From: Alphaproteobacteria bacterium UBA3768
Lineage (GTDB): Bacteria > Pseudomonadota > Alphaproteobacteria > CAAHEQ01 > UBA3637
Direction: 5' to 3'
Assembly (NCBI GenBank): GCA_002372315.1
Contig: DFFU01000026.1
Coordinates: 1,230-65,229, forward strand
DNA: 64,000 nucleotides
Shown: piece by piece, positions 40,607-50,503 of the stretch
How the letters are laid out: each line of letters opens with the position of its first letter
Position numbering within the stretch: position 1 is the stretch's first letter
Made by a program: the position numbers and the translations under genes
Notes under the pieces: model-generated
What the model saw: the letters and a program-made list of their open reading frames with translations, nothing else
Told to the model about the DNA's origin: nothing
Databases searched by the model: none

Positions 40607-41185
40607 ATGACAGATTTAACAATTACTCAAAGACATATTTTAGAATTTATTAGGTTCAAAACAAATAAGGGTTTTCCCTTTTATGGAAGTAATGAGTATG
40701 TTGCCAATGCTTTGGAAATAAAGGAAAGTTCAGCAAAAGTTCTTATCAACAAACTAATCAAGGATAATTATTTAATAAAATCCAGTGATATTAAGCATAA
40801 AAGAATTTTATCTTTATCTGGTAAGGAATATCCAAGAATGCCTTGGGTAAATATGTCAGATGTCAATAAATGGGAAATTCAAAAGAAAAGAGATGAATAC
40901 CTCAAAGAATATGAAACTGCTGATAAATGGGGTTATAAACTTCAAGCAGAAAATGATATTCTTCAAAAAAGATGTGGTGATTTACAAAGGAACTATGATG
41001 AGTTAAAAAAGGTATATGATGGGTTATCTAAACAATTACAAGAAACCTTTGTTCCTCAATATCAAGCAATGGCACAAAGAGTTAAAGGTTTGGAAAAATT
41101 ACTAAAAGAGCAATATGGTCTTACAGATAAGCAAATAAGTGTTATGTTAAAACCAGTAAGTATTCCTATTGGAGAATATTGTTGA
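40607..41185 (+). CDS. hypothetical protein with N-terminal winged-helix-like domain and C-terminal coiled coil
   Basis: ITQRHILEFIRFKTNKGFPFYGSNEYVANALEIKESSAKVLINKLIKDNYL, then heptad-rich sequence. Confidence 0.4.
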   Translation: MTDLTITQRHILEFIRFKTNKGFPFYGSNEYVANALEIKESSAKVLINKLIKDNYLIKSSDIKHKRILSLSGKEYPRMPWVNMSDVNKWEIQKKRDEYLKEYETADKWGYKLQAENDILQKRCGDLQRNYDELKKVYDGLSKQLQETFVPQYQAMAQRVKGLEKLLKEQYGLTDKQISVMLKPVSIPIGEYC

Positions 41186-41633
41186 GAGTTTTTAACTCCA
41201 TATTCTTACAATATTCATCTTTGGCAATATACATAAAGTCCCAACCTAATAATTTTCTCTGTTTCTTATCTTCTGTTGAGTAAAAATCTTTGTATTGGTT
41301 CAATAATTCTTTTATTTCTGCTTTTAATTCATCACTTGCTTCATCATTGTCATCAACATAGGTATAGCAAGAGCATCCATTAACATCCAAATAATTGGGG
41401 TCTCCACCTAATTCAAGCAGATATTTAACACTATCTGCTTTTAATGTAAATTGGCAACATAGTTGAAGTAAAGAAGACAAGTTCATAGTAATGGGTTCAT
41501 TTATGTATTCTATGGTGCTTATAATCTCATCCATCTTTTTAGGATTACTCATAACATCTACCATATTCTTATATCTAATTTCTACATTTAAGTTGGCAGT
41601 TTTATTATTACCTAATATTTTAATTAAAAACAT
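41166..41633 (-). CDS. hypothetical protein with one ankyrin-like repeat
   Basis: LLQLCCQFTLKADSVKYLLELGGDPNYLDVNGCSCYTYV. Confidence 0.3.
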   Translation of the reverse strand: MFLIKILGNNKTANLNVEIRYKNMVDVMSNPKKMDEIISTIEYINEPITMNLSSLLQLCCQFTLKADSVKYLLELGGDPNYLDVNGCSCYTYVDDNDEASDELKAEIKELLNQYKDFYSTEDKKQRKLLGWDFMYIAKDEYCKNMELKTLNNILQ

Positions 41634-41712
41634 TTCAAACCTCTTTTCTATATCATAAATATTTATTAGTTTTAGGTTAAACTATGTAATTTTTTAACCT
41701 TTTAATACAGGT

Positions 41713-41857
41713 GGAAATGACTATTGCCACTTTTTTTGTAGAGGAAATGACTATTGCCACCATTCTTTGATATAGGAATCAGTATTACTCTCATTGAGAA
41801 TGAATGTTTCAATTATTGAAAATGAGTATTACCATTAGAGGAAATGAATATTGCCAC
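41713..41857. repeat. iteron-like array: 3 good plus 3 degenerate copies of an 18-bp repeat GGAAATGA(C/A)TATTGCCAC at 21-33 bp spacing
   Basis: Copies at 41713-41730, 41743-41760 and 41840-41857 are identical or differ at one position. Degenerate copies lie at 41776-41790, 41797-41815 and 41818-41836. Confidence 0.5.
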
Positions 41858-42313
41858 CCCATTTTGGGATATGCCTTATTTTATAAGGGGTTTGATGGTG
41901 TTTTTTCTTCCTATAATAGTATTATAATAGAATTAAAAAAGAACTATTATAATAGTTCTTTTTCTTCTTTTTGTATAATAGCAAACTTGTTTAATGGGGA
42001 ATAATAGAGGTAGTTAAATAAAGGGAGATTAAATAACCCAAATTAAACAAGCAAATAAGTTAGTCCAATTAAAAAGGAAAATAATATGGGGATATTAAAC
42101 AAGGGAAAATAATATAGGGGCATTAGTCAGGTAAAATAATGAAACTGGAATAATGGAAACTGGGTGATGTGGGGTTGTTCTGCTGGGGTAGTTTTTTTGT
42201 GAGGGGACACCTCTAAATGAGATAAATAGTTATGAGTAATTTTGAACTCTTTTTTCATTACAAACCCCACCATTTCTGGTGGGGATTTTTATGAAAAATA
42301 ATTAAAATATTTT

Positions 42314-42345
42314 TGACTTTCTATGGGTAAATATGGTATAATATA
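42314..42345 (+). promoter_or_regulatory. sigma70-like promoter TTGACT-18-TATAAT upstream of the restriction gene region
   Basis: tttgactttctatgggtaaatatggtataat. Confidence 0.4.
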
Positions 42346-42351
42346 AATACA

Positions 42352-42465
42352 ATAAAAGAGAAATAAAACATCATCTTTTTTTGTTTTATCTAATATAATT
42401 TTCATTGTCATAAAACCAAGTTAATTGTTTTACCTGCCAGTAAAATGGCAGGTTTTTAGTATTTT
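42352..42465 (+). ncRNA. candidate short transcript or leader (about 110 nt) ending in a Rho-independent terminator (CCTGCCA gtaaaa TGGCAGG + U-run at 42431-42465)
   Basis: A promoter immediately upstream and an intrinsic terminator about 105 nt before the restriction-gene ATG at 42573. A second hairpin+T-run (CCCCACC atttct GGTGGGG) at 42266-42295. Confidence 0.3.
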
Positions 42466-42572
42466 TTTATATGAGATGTCAAAATCTGCCATCCTAAAAA
42501 CTTTTTAGTTTGCTTTTTTTATCATAATAGTTTAACATATCCCAATGATTAAATCAACACAAGGGAGTTGTT

Positions 42573-45500
42573 ATGACCAAACCAATAGTTTCATTTAATG
42601 ATGTTTTATCCAAGTTTAGAGCAGAAGCATTCTCTGAAAGGGATAAAGGGTTCAGATTTGAAAAACTGATGAAGAAATATCTTCAAATTGAACCTCAATA
42701 CAAAAACATCTTAAAGACAGTGTGGTTATGGAATGAGTTTCCATTTAGAAATGATTTTAGTGGAAAAGATACAGGAATTGACTTGGTTGCTCAAACAGTT
42801 GAAGGAGATTACTGGGCAATTCAATGTAAATGTTTCAGAGAGGATGCTTATATTGACAAATCAGGTGTTGATAGTTTCTTATCCACATCCAGTAAAAGTT
42901 TCATGGGAGAAGATGGTAAAAGCAAACAATTTACCCAAAGATTATGGATTTCTACAACAAATCATTGGAATAGTGAAGCAGAAGAAACCATTAAAAACCA
43001 AAATCCCCCACTTCACAGGATTAGTTTAACAGATTTACAAAACACATCTGATTACATTGACTGGGATGAATTGGTCAATGGTATGGAAACAAGTGCCTTA
43101 AAAGAGAAAAAACATCCCAGAGACCACCAAATCCAAGCAATCAACAACTTCCATGAACATTTTAAAAATGCTGATAGAGGTAAGTTGATTATGGCATGTG
43201 GGACAGGTAAGACCTATACATCCTTAAAGATTGCTGAAAATGAAACTGATGGGAAAGGAACAATCCTGTTTTTAGTGCCATCTATTGCTTTATTGGGTCA
43301 AACTTTAAGAGAATGGAGTGCCCAAGCAGAAAAACCCATTTATCCTATCTGTATCTGTTCTGATGCTACTGTTGGACAGGATGAAGATGATGATATAAGT
43401 GTAGTTGATTTAGCATTACCTGCCAGCACAAATGTGAGAAGCATTGTCAATCAGTTTGAAGTTGCTAAAAAGAACCAGAAGGGAATGATAGTTGTATTCT
43501 CAACTTACCAATCCATAGATGTTATTTCCAAAGCACAAGCAGAATTAAATAAAAGACAGAAGGATAACTGTATCTTTGACTTGATTATCTGTGATGAAGC
43601 ACACAGAACCACTGGAATTATCTTAAAGGATAAAGAAAAAGGTGGTTATGATGAAAAATCCTTTACCAAAGTCCATGACAATAAATGGGTTGAAGCAAAG
43701 AAAAGATTGTATATGACAGCAACTCCAAGATTGTATAAGGAAGATGCCAAGAAAAAAGCAGAAGAAGGTGATGCTATACTTTGTTCAATGGATGATGAAG
43801 CAATTTATGGACAAGAAGTTTATAGAATTGGATTTGGTGAAGCAGTTGATAAGAGGTTGTTATCAGATTACAAGGTCTTGGTTTTAACATTAAAAGAAGA
43901 ACAAATCCCAGCAGCATTTAGAAGTATCATCAACTCTGGTAAGAAAGATAAAGAAATTACCACAGATGATGTCAGTAAGTTGATTGGATGTATAAATGCT
44001 CTGTCTAAAAGGGTTATAGAAGCAGATAAAGAGTTCAATGATGATAGAGCACCCATGAGGAAAGCAGTTGCTTTCTGCCAAAGCATTAAAGCATCCAAAA
44101 TGATTACTGGGATGTTTAATGAGCATAAAGATACCTATTACAATTCTCTCCCACAGGAAGAAAGAGAAAAGTTGGTGGGTGTAGAAGCAAAGCATATAGA
44201 TGGAACAATGGGAGCAAGTCAAAGAGATGAATTATTGACTTGGTTAAAAGATACCCCAGAAGATGGTAAAGAATGCCATATTTTAACCAATGTGAAGTGT
44301 TTGTCAGAAGGTGTTGATGTGCCATCACTGGATGCTGTGATGTTCTTGGCAGCAAGAAACAGTCAGGTTGATGTGGTCCAATCTGTTGGAAGAGTTATGA
44401 GAACAGCACCTGATAAGAAGTATGGATACATCATTATTCCTGTAATGATACCAGAAGGAATTAAACCAGAAGAAGCATTGGAGGATAACAAAAGATATGC
44501 TGTTATTTGGACAGTATTGAATGCTTTAAGAGCACATGATGACAGATTTGATGCTGAAATCAACAAAATCAACTTGAATAAGAAGAAAGGTGATAGAATA
44601 AAAGTCATTGGTGTTGGTAATGGTGAAGATGATGGGGATGGTAGTGGAAAACCAACCAGTAGAGACACCCAATTAGAAAGACAATTGACTTTACCATTAG
44701 CAGAATTACAAGAATTACAAAATGTGATTTATGCCAAAATGGTTCAAAAGGTTGGCAGTAAGAGATATTGGGTTCAATGGGCACAAGATGTTGCCAAGAT
44801 TGCTCAAAGATATATTGTTAAAATCAACCATCTAATTGAAACAGATACTAAATCACAAGAAGTATTCAATAAGTTCTTAAAAGGTTTAAGAAAGAACATC
44901 AACCCATCTGTATCCAAAGATGAAGCAATCCAAATGTTGGCACAGCATTTGATTACCCAACCTGTGTTTGAAGCATTGTTTGAAAATTATTCATTTGTAT
45001 CCAACAACCCTGTATCTAAATCCTTACAAAAGATGGTGGATTTATTGGAAAAGCAAGCAATGGATGAAGAAGGTGAGAAGACCCTTCATAAGTTCTATGA
45101 ATCTGTTAAAGAGAGAGTTAAAGGGATTGACAATGCTGATGGCAGACAGAAGATTATTATTGAACTGTATGATAAGTTCTTCAAAACTGCTTTCCCAAAG
45201 GTTGTGGAACAGTTGGGAATTGTCTATACACCAATAGAAGTAGTTGATTTTATAAACAATTCTGTTGCCCAAGTATTGAAAAAAGAGTTTAACAGGAACT
45301 TGTCTGATGAAAATATTCATATCCTTGACCCATTTACAGGGACAGGAACATTTATTACGAGGTTGATTCAAACTGGTTTAATTGATAAGGAAGCATTACC
45401 AAGAAAGTATGCCAAAGAACTTCATGCCAATGAGATTGTGCTGTTGGCATATTACATTGCTTCAATCAATATTGAAAATGCTTACCATGATGCTGTGGGT

Positions 45501-47465
45501 ATGGAAAATGGTTATAAGTCATTTGATGGTATTTGTTTGACAGATACCTTCCAATTGGGGGAAACAGATGAAGCAACCAACCTGTTTGATGAAATGCTCC
45601 CACAAAACTCTGAAAGAGTGATGGAACAAAAGAAATTACCTGTCAGGGTAATCATTGGGAATCCACCTTATTCCATTGGTCAGAAGTCAGCAAATGATAA
45701 TGCCCAAAACCAATCTTATCCAAAATTGGATAGAAGAGTTGAAGAAACTTATGCTAAATATTCCAATGCTGCTTTGAACAAAGGATTATATGATAGTTAT
45801 ATCAAAGCATTCAGGTGGTCATCTGATAGAATTGATGAAAAGAATGGAGGTATAATTGCCTTTGTATCAAATGGTAGTTGGATTGATGGGCAATCTATGG
45901 ATGGTTTAAGAAAAGCATTTGAAAAAGAGTTTAATTCCATATATGTCTTTAATATGAGAGGAAATACCAGAACAAGTGGAGAAACAGCAAGAAAAGAAGG
46001 GGGACAAACATTTGGAAGTGGATGTAGAACAACTGTTGCTATCACAATCTTGGTTAAAAATCCAAAAGTTGAAACAGAAAAAGCAACCATCTATTATACA
46101 CAAGTTCCTGATTATCAAAGTAGAGAGGACAAATTAGCATTATTAGCACACTATAAGGATATTACCAATAGTAGGATACAATTTAAGGTCCTAAAACCCA
46201 ATGAACATGGGGATTGGTTAAATCAAAGAAGTGATTTATTCAGTTCCTTCATACCCGTTGAACCTGATAAAAAGTTCAATCTTAAATCAACAAGTATGTT
46301 TAATTTAAATGTTATTGGAGTAGCAACTAATAGAGATGCCTGGGTGTATAATTATTCACAAAGAAATTTGGAAAGTAATGTGAGAAAAATGGTTGATTTT
46401 TATAATGAACAAAGAAAAGGGTATCAAACAGCATTACAAAAAAACAACTTGTTGAAAGTTGAGGATTTTATTGATATAGACCCAAAGAAAATTAGTTGGA
46501 CAAGAAGTTTAAGAAATCAAGTTAAAAATAACAAAGAAAATACATATCAGTCAGATGTTTATTATGAAGGTTGTTACAGACCATATTGTAAGCAACATTT
46601 GTATTATGAAAACTCATTTATTGAAAGTCCTGGTTTAAGTAAGCAATTATTCCCAACATCACAGCATAAAAATATGTGTATTGCTGTATCTGGCATTGGT
46701 GCTGGAAAAGATTTCTCAACTTTAATTGTAAATCAAGTTCCTTGCTTGGATATGGTTGAGAAAGGTCAATGCTTTCCACTCTATTACTATGAAAAGAATG
46801 AAGGGAATATTGGAACATTGTTTGATGATGGGAAAGACCAATATATCAGAAGAGATGGTATAACTGACTTTATCTTGGAACAATGTAGAACTAGATATGG
46901 ACATAAAGTATCCAAAGAGGATATCTTCTATTATGTCTATGGATTATTACATTCCAATGATTACAGAACCCAATTTGCTGCTGATTTGAAGAAAATGTTA
47001 CCCAGAATACCATTAGTGGATATTCCAAATGATTTCTTTGAGTTTAGTAAGGCAGGAAGACAATTGGCAGAACTTCATTTGAACTATGAAACTGTGCCTG
47101 CTTATCCAGATGTAGAGGTTATTGGTGAAGAAAAAGGAAACTTCCATGTGGATAAGATAACATTTGCCAAAAAGGATGGTGAAGTTGATAAAACAACCTT
47201 GATTTACAATTCTTCCATCAAAATTACCAATATCCCATTAGAAGCATATGACTATGTTGTCAATGGAAAGTCAGCAATAGAATGGATTATGGACAGATAC
47301 CAAGTCAAAGTTGATAAGGATAGTGGTATCAAAAATGACCCAAATGACTGGGGATTAGAACATAATAATCCCAGATACATCTTGGATCTGATTTTATCAG
47401 TTATAACAGTCAGTATGGCAACCAATGAAATAGTTAAAAAATTACCAAAGTTGGATTTGAAATAA
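42573..47465 (+). CDS. Type ISP-like single-polypeptide restriction-modification enzyme: Mrr-type PD-(D/E)xK nuclease + SF2 DEAH helicase-like motor + gamma-class N6-adenine methyltransferase + C-terminal target-recognition region (1630 aa)
   Basis: aa 60-90 GIDLVAQ...YWAIQCKCF (Mrr catalytic core). Walker A ACGTGKT (aa about 208), DEAH box LIICDEAHRT (aa about 341), motif VI QSVGRVMR (aa about 603). MTase motif I DPFTGTGTF (aa about 919) and motif IV NPPY (aa about 1030). GGIIAFVSNGSW and YVFNMRGN blocks typical of Eco57I/LlaGI-like MTases. AGA/AGG-rich island codon usage. Confidence 0.8.
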   Translation: MTKPIVSFNDVLSKFRAEAFSERDKGFRFEKLMKKYLQIEPQYKNILKTVWLWNEFPFRNDFSGKDTGIDLVAQTVEGDYWAIQCKCFREDAYIDKSGVDSFLSTSSKSFMGEDGKSKQFTQRLWISTTNHWNSEAEETIKNQNPPLHRISLTDLQNTSDYIDWDELVNGMETSALKEKKHPRDHQIQAINNFHEHFKNADRGKLIMACGTGKTYTSLKIAENETDGKGTILFLVPSIALLGQTLREWSAQAEKPIYPICICSDATVGQDEDDDISVVDLALPASTNVRSIVNQFEVAKKNQKGMIVVFSTYQSIDVISKAQAELNKRQKDNCIFDLIICDEAHRTTGIILKDKEKGGYDEKSFTKVHDNKWVEAKKRLYMTATPRLYKEDAKKKAEEGDAILCSMDDEAIYGQEVYRIGFGEAVDKRLLSDYKVLVLTLKEEQIPAAFRSIINSGKKDKEITTDDVSKLIGCINALSKRVIEADKEFNDDRAPMRKAVAFCQSIKASKMITGMFNEHKDTYYNSLPQEEREKLVGVEAKHIDGTMGASQRDELLTWLKDTPEDGKECHILTNVKCLSEGVDVPSLDAVMFLAARNSQVDVVQSVGRVMRTAPDKKYGYIIIPVMIPEGIKPEEALEDNKRYAVIWTVLNALRAHDDRFDAEINKINLNKKKGDRIKVIGVGNGEDDGDGSGKPTSRDTQLERQLTLPLAELQELQNVIYAKMVQKVGSKRYWVQWAQDVAKIAQRYIVKINHLIETDTKSQEVFNKFLKGLRKNINPSVSKDEAIQMLAQHLITQPVFEALFENYSFVSNNPVSKSLQKMVDLLEKQAMDEEGEKTLHKFYESVKERVKGIDNADGRQKIIIELYDKFFKTAFPKVVEQLGIVYTPIEVVDFINNSVAQVLKKEFNRNLSDENIHILDPFTGTGTFITRLIQTGLIDKEALPRKYAKELHANEIVLLAYYIASINIENAYHDAVGMENGYKSFDGICLTDTFQLGETDEATNLFDEMLPQNSERVMEQKKLPVRVIIGNPPYSIGQKSANDNAQNQSYPKLDRRVEETYAKYSNAALNKGLYDSYIKAFRWSSDRIDEKNGGIIAFVSNGSWIDGQSMDGLRKAFEKEFNSIYVFNMRGNTRTSGETARKEGGQTFGSGCRTTVAITILVKNPKVETEKATIYYTQVPDYQSREDKLALLAHYKDITNSRIQFKVLKPNEHGDWLNQRSDLFSSFIPVEPDKKFNLKSTSMFNLNVIGVATNRDAWVYNYSQRNLESNVRKMVDFYNEQRKGYQTALQKNNLLKVEDFIDIDPKKISWTRSLRNQVKNNKENTYQSDVYYEGCYRPYCKQHLYYENSFIESPGLSKQLFPTSQHKNMCIAVSGIGAGKDFSTLIVNQVPCLDMVEKGQCFPLYYYEKNEGNIGTLFDDGKDQYIRRDGITDFILEQCRTRYGHKVSKEDIFYYVYGLLHSNDYRTQFAADLKKMLPRIPLVDIPNDFFEFSKAGRQLAELHLNYETVPAYPDVEVIGEEKGNFHVDKITFAKKDGEVDKTTLIYNSSIKITNIPLEAYDYVVNGKSAIEWIMDRYQVKVDKDSGIKNDPNDWGLEHNNPRYILDLILSVITVSMATNEIVKKLPKLDLK

Positions 47466-48862
47466 TGGATATAAATGACTTTCTAACAGATTTACTTAAA
47501 AAAGATTTCAAAAAGAAATCTAAAGGAAAGTCAGCATCCAGTGCCATCAACGCCATTAAAACTGTATCAAGTCCTATGGAAGATAAGGATTATAAGTTAG
47601 ATAAGGCACAAGAAGAACTGTTTGACTTGATTGAAAACACCCATACAAATGTATTCATTCAAGGTCAGGCAGGAACAGGAAAATCAACTTTTATCAACCA
47701 CTTAAAGAAATATTCTGATAAAAGGATCAGAATTGTCTGTCCAACAGCAGTTGCTGCCATCAATGTTGGTGGAACAACCATACATTCTTTATTCAAATTA
47801 CCATTCTCTGATTTTTTTATCTTTGATGATCTATTAAAAGAAAAAAGACAGAAACTTAAATCCATCTTGAATAAGACAGATTTACTCATAATTGATGAAG
47901 TTTCTATGGTTAGACCAGATATGTTGGATATTATAGACCTGCTATCCAGACAAGCAAAAGGTAAGGATGAACCATTTGGTGGATTACAGATGCTTCTGAT
48001 AGGTGATTTATGCCAATTACCGCCAGTAATTAAATCCAATGCTTACCATATCTTTAAGGAAGCATATGGACATAGAAATCCATATTTCTTTGATGCCAAC
48101 TCTTATAAAGCAGGAAACTTTGAAAAAATTGAACTGACAAAGGTTTATAGACAATCTGACAAAGAATTATTGAAAAATCTTATCAGGGTTAGGGAAAACA
48201 AAGAGGTTGATGAAGCAGTTGAATACTTTAATACCTGTAAGATTGATGATGAAGATGTCCTCAATACTGCTATGACTATCACTCCTTATAAACAAGTAGC
48301 AGAAAACATCAACCAAAAGAGATTGGGAGAATTAGAAACTCCTGTTCATACTTATGTTTGCCAAACCAAAGGAACATTTGATGAAGCAAAGGAATGTCCT
48401 TCTCCCAGAGTTTTAACATTAAAAGAAGGTGCTTTGGTTATCTTTAATAAGAATAACCCACCGTCTTGGATAAATGGAACAAGTGGAATTATTGAGAAAT
48501 TGGAAGATGATGCTATTACTGTAAAGGTCTTAAAAACTGGTGAAAGTGTTGCTGTTAAAAGAGAAGAATGGAAAAGTTATCAGTATGATTATGACAGAGA
48601 AACAGGAACTGTTGTTGAAAAAGAAGTTGGGACATTTATTCAATTCCCATTACAACTGGGATATGCTCTGACTATTCATAAAGCACAAGGTAAAACTTTG
48701 GATAAAGTTGTAATAGACCTGAATAGAGGAGCATTTGCTCATGGTCAATTATATGTTGCTTTAAGTAGAACCAGAAAGAAAGCAGATATTCATTTAACTA
48801 AAAGAATTGATGTATCTGATATTATTATGGATGATAGAATTGTTGAGTTTATGGGGAAATAA
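47465..48862 (+). CDS. PIF1/RecD-like SF1B DNA helicase
   Basis: Walker A GQAGTGKST, Walker B LLIIDEVSMV, the PIF1 signature PFGGLQMLLIGDLCQLPPV, and C-terminal LTIHKAQGKTLDKVVIDL. The start codon overlaps the upstream stop (ATAATGG). Confidence 0.8.
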   Translation: MDINDFLTDLLKKDFKKKSKGKSASSAINAIKTVSSPMEDKDYKLDKAQEELFDLIENTHTNVFIQGQAGTGKSTFINHLKKYSDKRIRIVCPTAVAAINVGGTTIHSLFKLPFSDFFIFDDLLKEKRQKLKSILNKTDLLIIDEVSMVRPDMLDIIDLLSRQAKGKDEPFGGLQMLLIGDLCQLPPVIKSNAYHIFKEAYGHRNPYFFDANSYKAGNFEKIELTKVYRQSDKELLKNLIRVRENKEVDEAVEYFNTCKIDDEDVLNTAMTITPYKQVAENINQKRLGELETPVHTYVCQTKGTFDEAKECPSPRVLTLKEGALVIFNKNNPPSWINGTSGIIEKLEDDAITVKVLKTGESVAVKREEWKSYQYDYDRETGTVVEKEVGTFIQFPLQLGYALTIHKAQGKTLDKVVIDLNRGAFAHGQLYVALSRTRKKADIHLTKRIDVSDIIMDDRIVEFMGK

Positions 48863-48863
48863 G

Positions 48864-49676
48864 ATGCTAAAAGTTGGAACAAGAGAAGAAATTAAACAAT
48901 TCTTAAAGGAACATAATACAGGATTTTATGTGTATATCCTGTATCATCCAAACAAAACCCCATTCTATGTAGGTAAAGGAAAAGGAAAAGGAAATAGAGT
49001 ATTTCAGCATGAATATGAAGTAGAACATTCCCAGTATAATAATCCATATAAAATCAACACAATTAAAAAAATATACAGATTGGGGGGAACTGTTGGATAT
49101 GGTATTGACAATATCTTTGAACAGGAAGCAGATGCCTTTGCCAGAGAAAGAGAATTAGTAAAACAAATTGGGAGACCCCCATTAACCAATTTAACTGATG
49201 GAGGAGAAGGTGCTGTCAATTTAGACCTTATCTCAAAACAAAAACATAATGATACTCTTTGGGGAGATACTGGGGATAATCCAAGAAGTATTATAAACAG
49301 AACCTTCCAAGAATTAGCACCAGTAAAATCTGTGCCTATAAAACCACTCCAACAGTTCAAAGCAGTCCATCTAACTCCTCATCCAAAGGCAAGAAATTAT
49401 AGTCCAAGAGAAGCAGCAGCACTCTTTATCAGTTCTGTCTTTAATGGGGTTTTAATTGAAGAAGGAGCAATTATTCCAAGATTGGTCAATATCAAAGGGG
49501 TAGATGGAATTATAGAAAATGGAGTTGGAAGAGATATTTTAGTTGCTGGTTGGGCAACCATTATTCCAAATGATGACCCAACATTAGAACAATTCCAACT
49601 AACTAAAAGTGGTAAGGATGCTATCCAAAGATACATCAAGGATTTACCAAAAGAAGTGCTCAACAGGTATATGTAA
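48864..49676 (+). CDS. GIY-YIG nuclease domain protein
   Basis: N-terminus GFYVYILYHPNKTPFYVGKGKGKGNRVFQHEYE matches GIY...YIG...R...H spacing, and a Glu follows about 40 aa later (FEQEADAF). The ATG at 48864 comes right after the helicase stop; the track ORF begins at 48807. Confidence 0.65.
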   Translation: MLKVGTREEIKQFLKEHNTGFYVYILYHPNKTPFYVGKGKGKGNRVFQHEYEVEHSQYNNPYKINTIKKIYRLGGTVGYGIDNIFEQEADAFARERELVKQIGRPPLTNLTDGGEGAVNLDLISKQKHNDTLWGDTGDNPRSIINRTFQELAPVKSVPIKPLQQFKAVHLTPHPKARNYSPREAAALFISSVFNGVLIEEGAIIPRLVNIKGVDGIIENGVGRDILVAGWATIIPNDDPTLEQFQLTKSGKDAIQRYIKDLPKEVLNRYM

Positions 49677-49687
49677 AGGAGAATAAT

Positions 49688-49894
49688 ATGGGATTTTTTA
49701 GTGAATTATTTGGTGCTATTATGAACCAGAACAATAATTATGGAGATCAAAATTACCATAGAGGAGAACCCACAGCAGAAGATTACATTAGGTCTGGTGA
49801 AATAGAAAAAGACAACTATGATGATGGCAAAAGGAACACCATAGATGAGGATGGTGGTTTGTCTGATAGTTGGGACAAAGAGGATAGAGAATAA
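49688..49894 (+). CDS. small acidic hypothetical protein (68 aa)
   Basis: ORF with an SD (AAGGAGAA) directly after the GIY-YIG gene. Asp/Glu-rich. Confidence 0.3.
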   Translation: MGFFSELFGAIMNQNNNYGDQNYHRGEPTAEDYIRSGEIEKDNYDDGKRNTIDEDGGLSDSWDKEDRE

Positions 49895-50503
49895 TTAAAG
49901 GTTTCCTATCCCCACTTTCTTCAAATATCTACACATAGTTGTTGGATGAACTCCCATTATCTTGGATATTTTTGCTTGTGATATACCTTTATCAAGCAAT
50001 TTTTTTATCTTCTGTCTGCTCTTGGATAGTTTTAATTCTCTTGTCTTTGAACCCAATGGTCTTCCTAATTTTACATTCTGTTCTTTTAATTTATTTAATG
50101 CCATTCTAATTCTGGTGGAGATGTGGTCTCTTTCAATTTCAGCAGCAAGACCAAAGGTATATGCCATTATTTTGGATTGTAAATCATTCTTAAAGTTATA
50201 ATTCTCTTTAATACTGATAATTTTAATATCTTTATTAATAGCATCCTGTAAAATACCTGCCAGTTCATAAAGATTTCTTGCTAACCTACTAATCTCTGTA
50301 ATAATAATGGTATCCCCAGCAACTGCTGTTTCCATCAACTTACCTAATTCTCTTTTACTCAAAGGTTTTCTACTGCTAATGTTTTCCTCTATCCATCTAT
50401 CCACTTTAATCCTGTTGTTTTTAGCATATTCAACAATAGCAAAGTGTTGGTTGGAACAGGTTTGTTTCTTTTCCATAGAACACCTACAATATCCATAAAT
50501 CAT
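49895..50503 (-). CDS. serine recombinase (resolvase/invertase family)
   Basis: N-terminal catalytic domain IYGYCRCSMEKKQ (Ser nucleophile), the SRLARN motif, and a C-terminal HTH (ISQAKISKIMGVHPTTMCRYL). Confidence 0.85.
   Translation of the reverse strand: MIYGYCRCSMEKKQTCSNQHFAIVEYAKNNRIKVDRWIEENISSRKPLSKRELGKLMETAVAGDTIIITEISRLARNLYELAGILQDAINKDIKIISIKENYNFKNDLQSKIMAYTFGLAAEIERDHISTRIRMALNKLKEQNVKLGRPLGSKTRELKLSKSRQKIKKLLDKGISQAKISKIMGVHPTTMCRYLKKVGIGNL

Noticed and set aside
41713-41857. CRISPR array
   Set aside because: The repeats are about 18 bp with irregular 21-33 bp spacing, degenerate copies and no cas genes, so they are iteron-like rather than CRISPR.
43868-46904. Minus-strand ORFs of 60-110 aa inside the 1630-aa restriction gene
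   Set aside because: They are antisense to a strongly supported multi-domain CDS, with no SD and no conservation signal.
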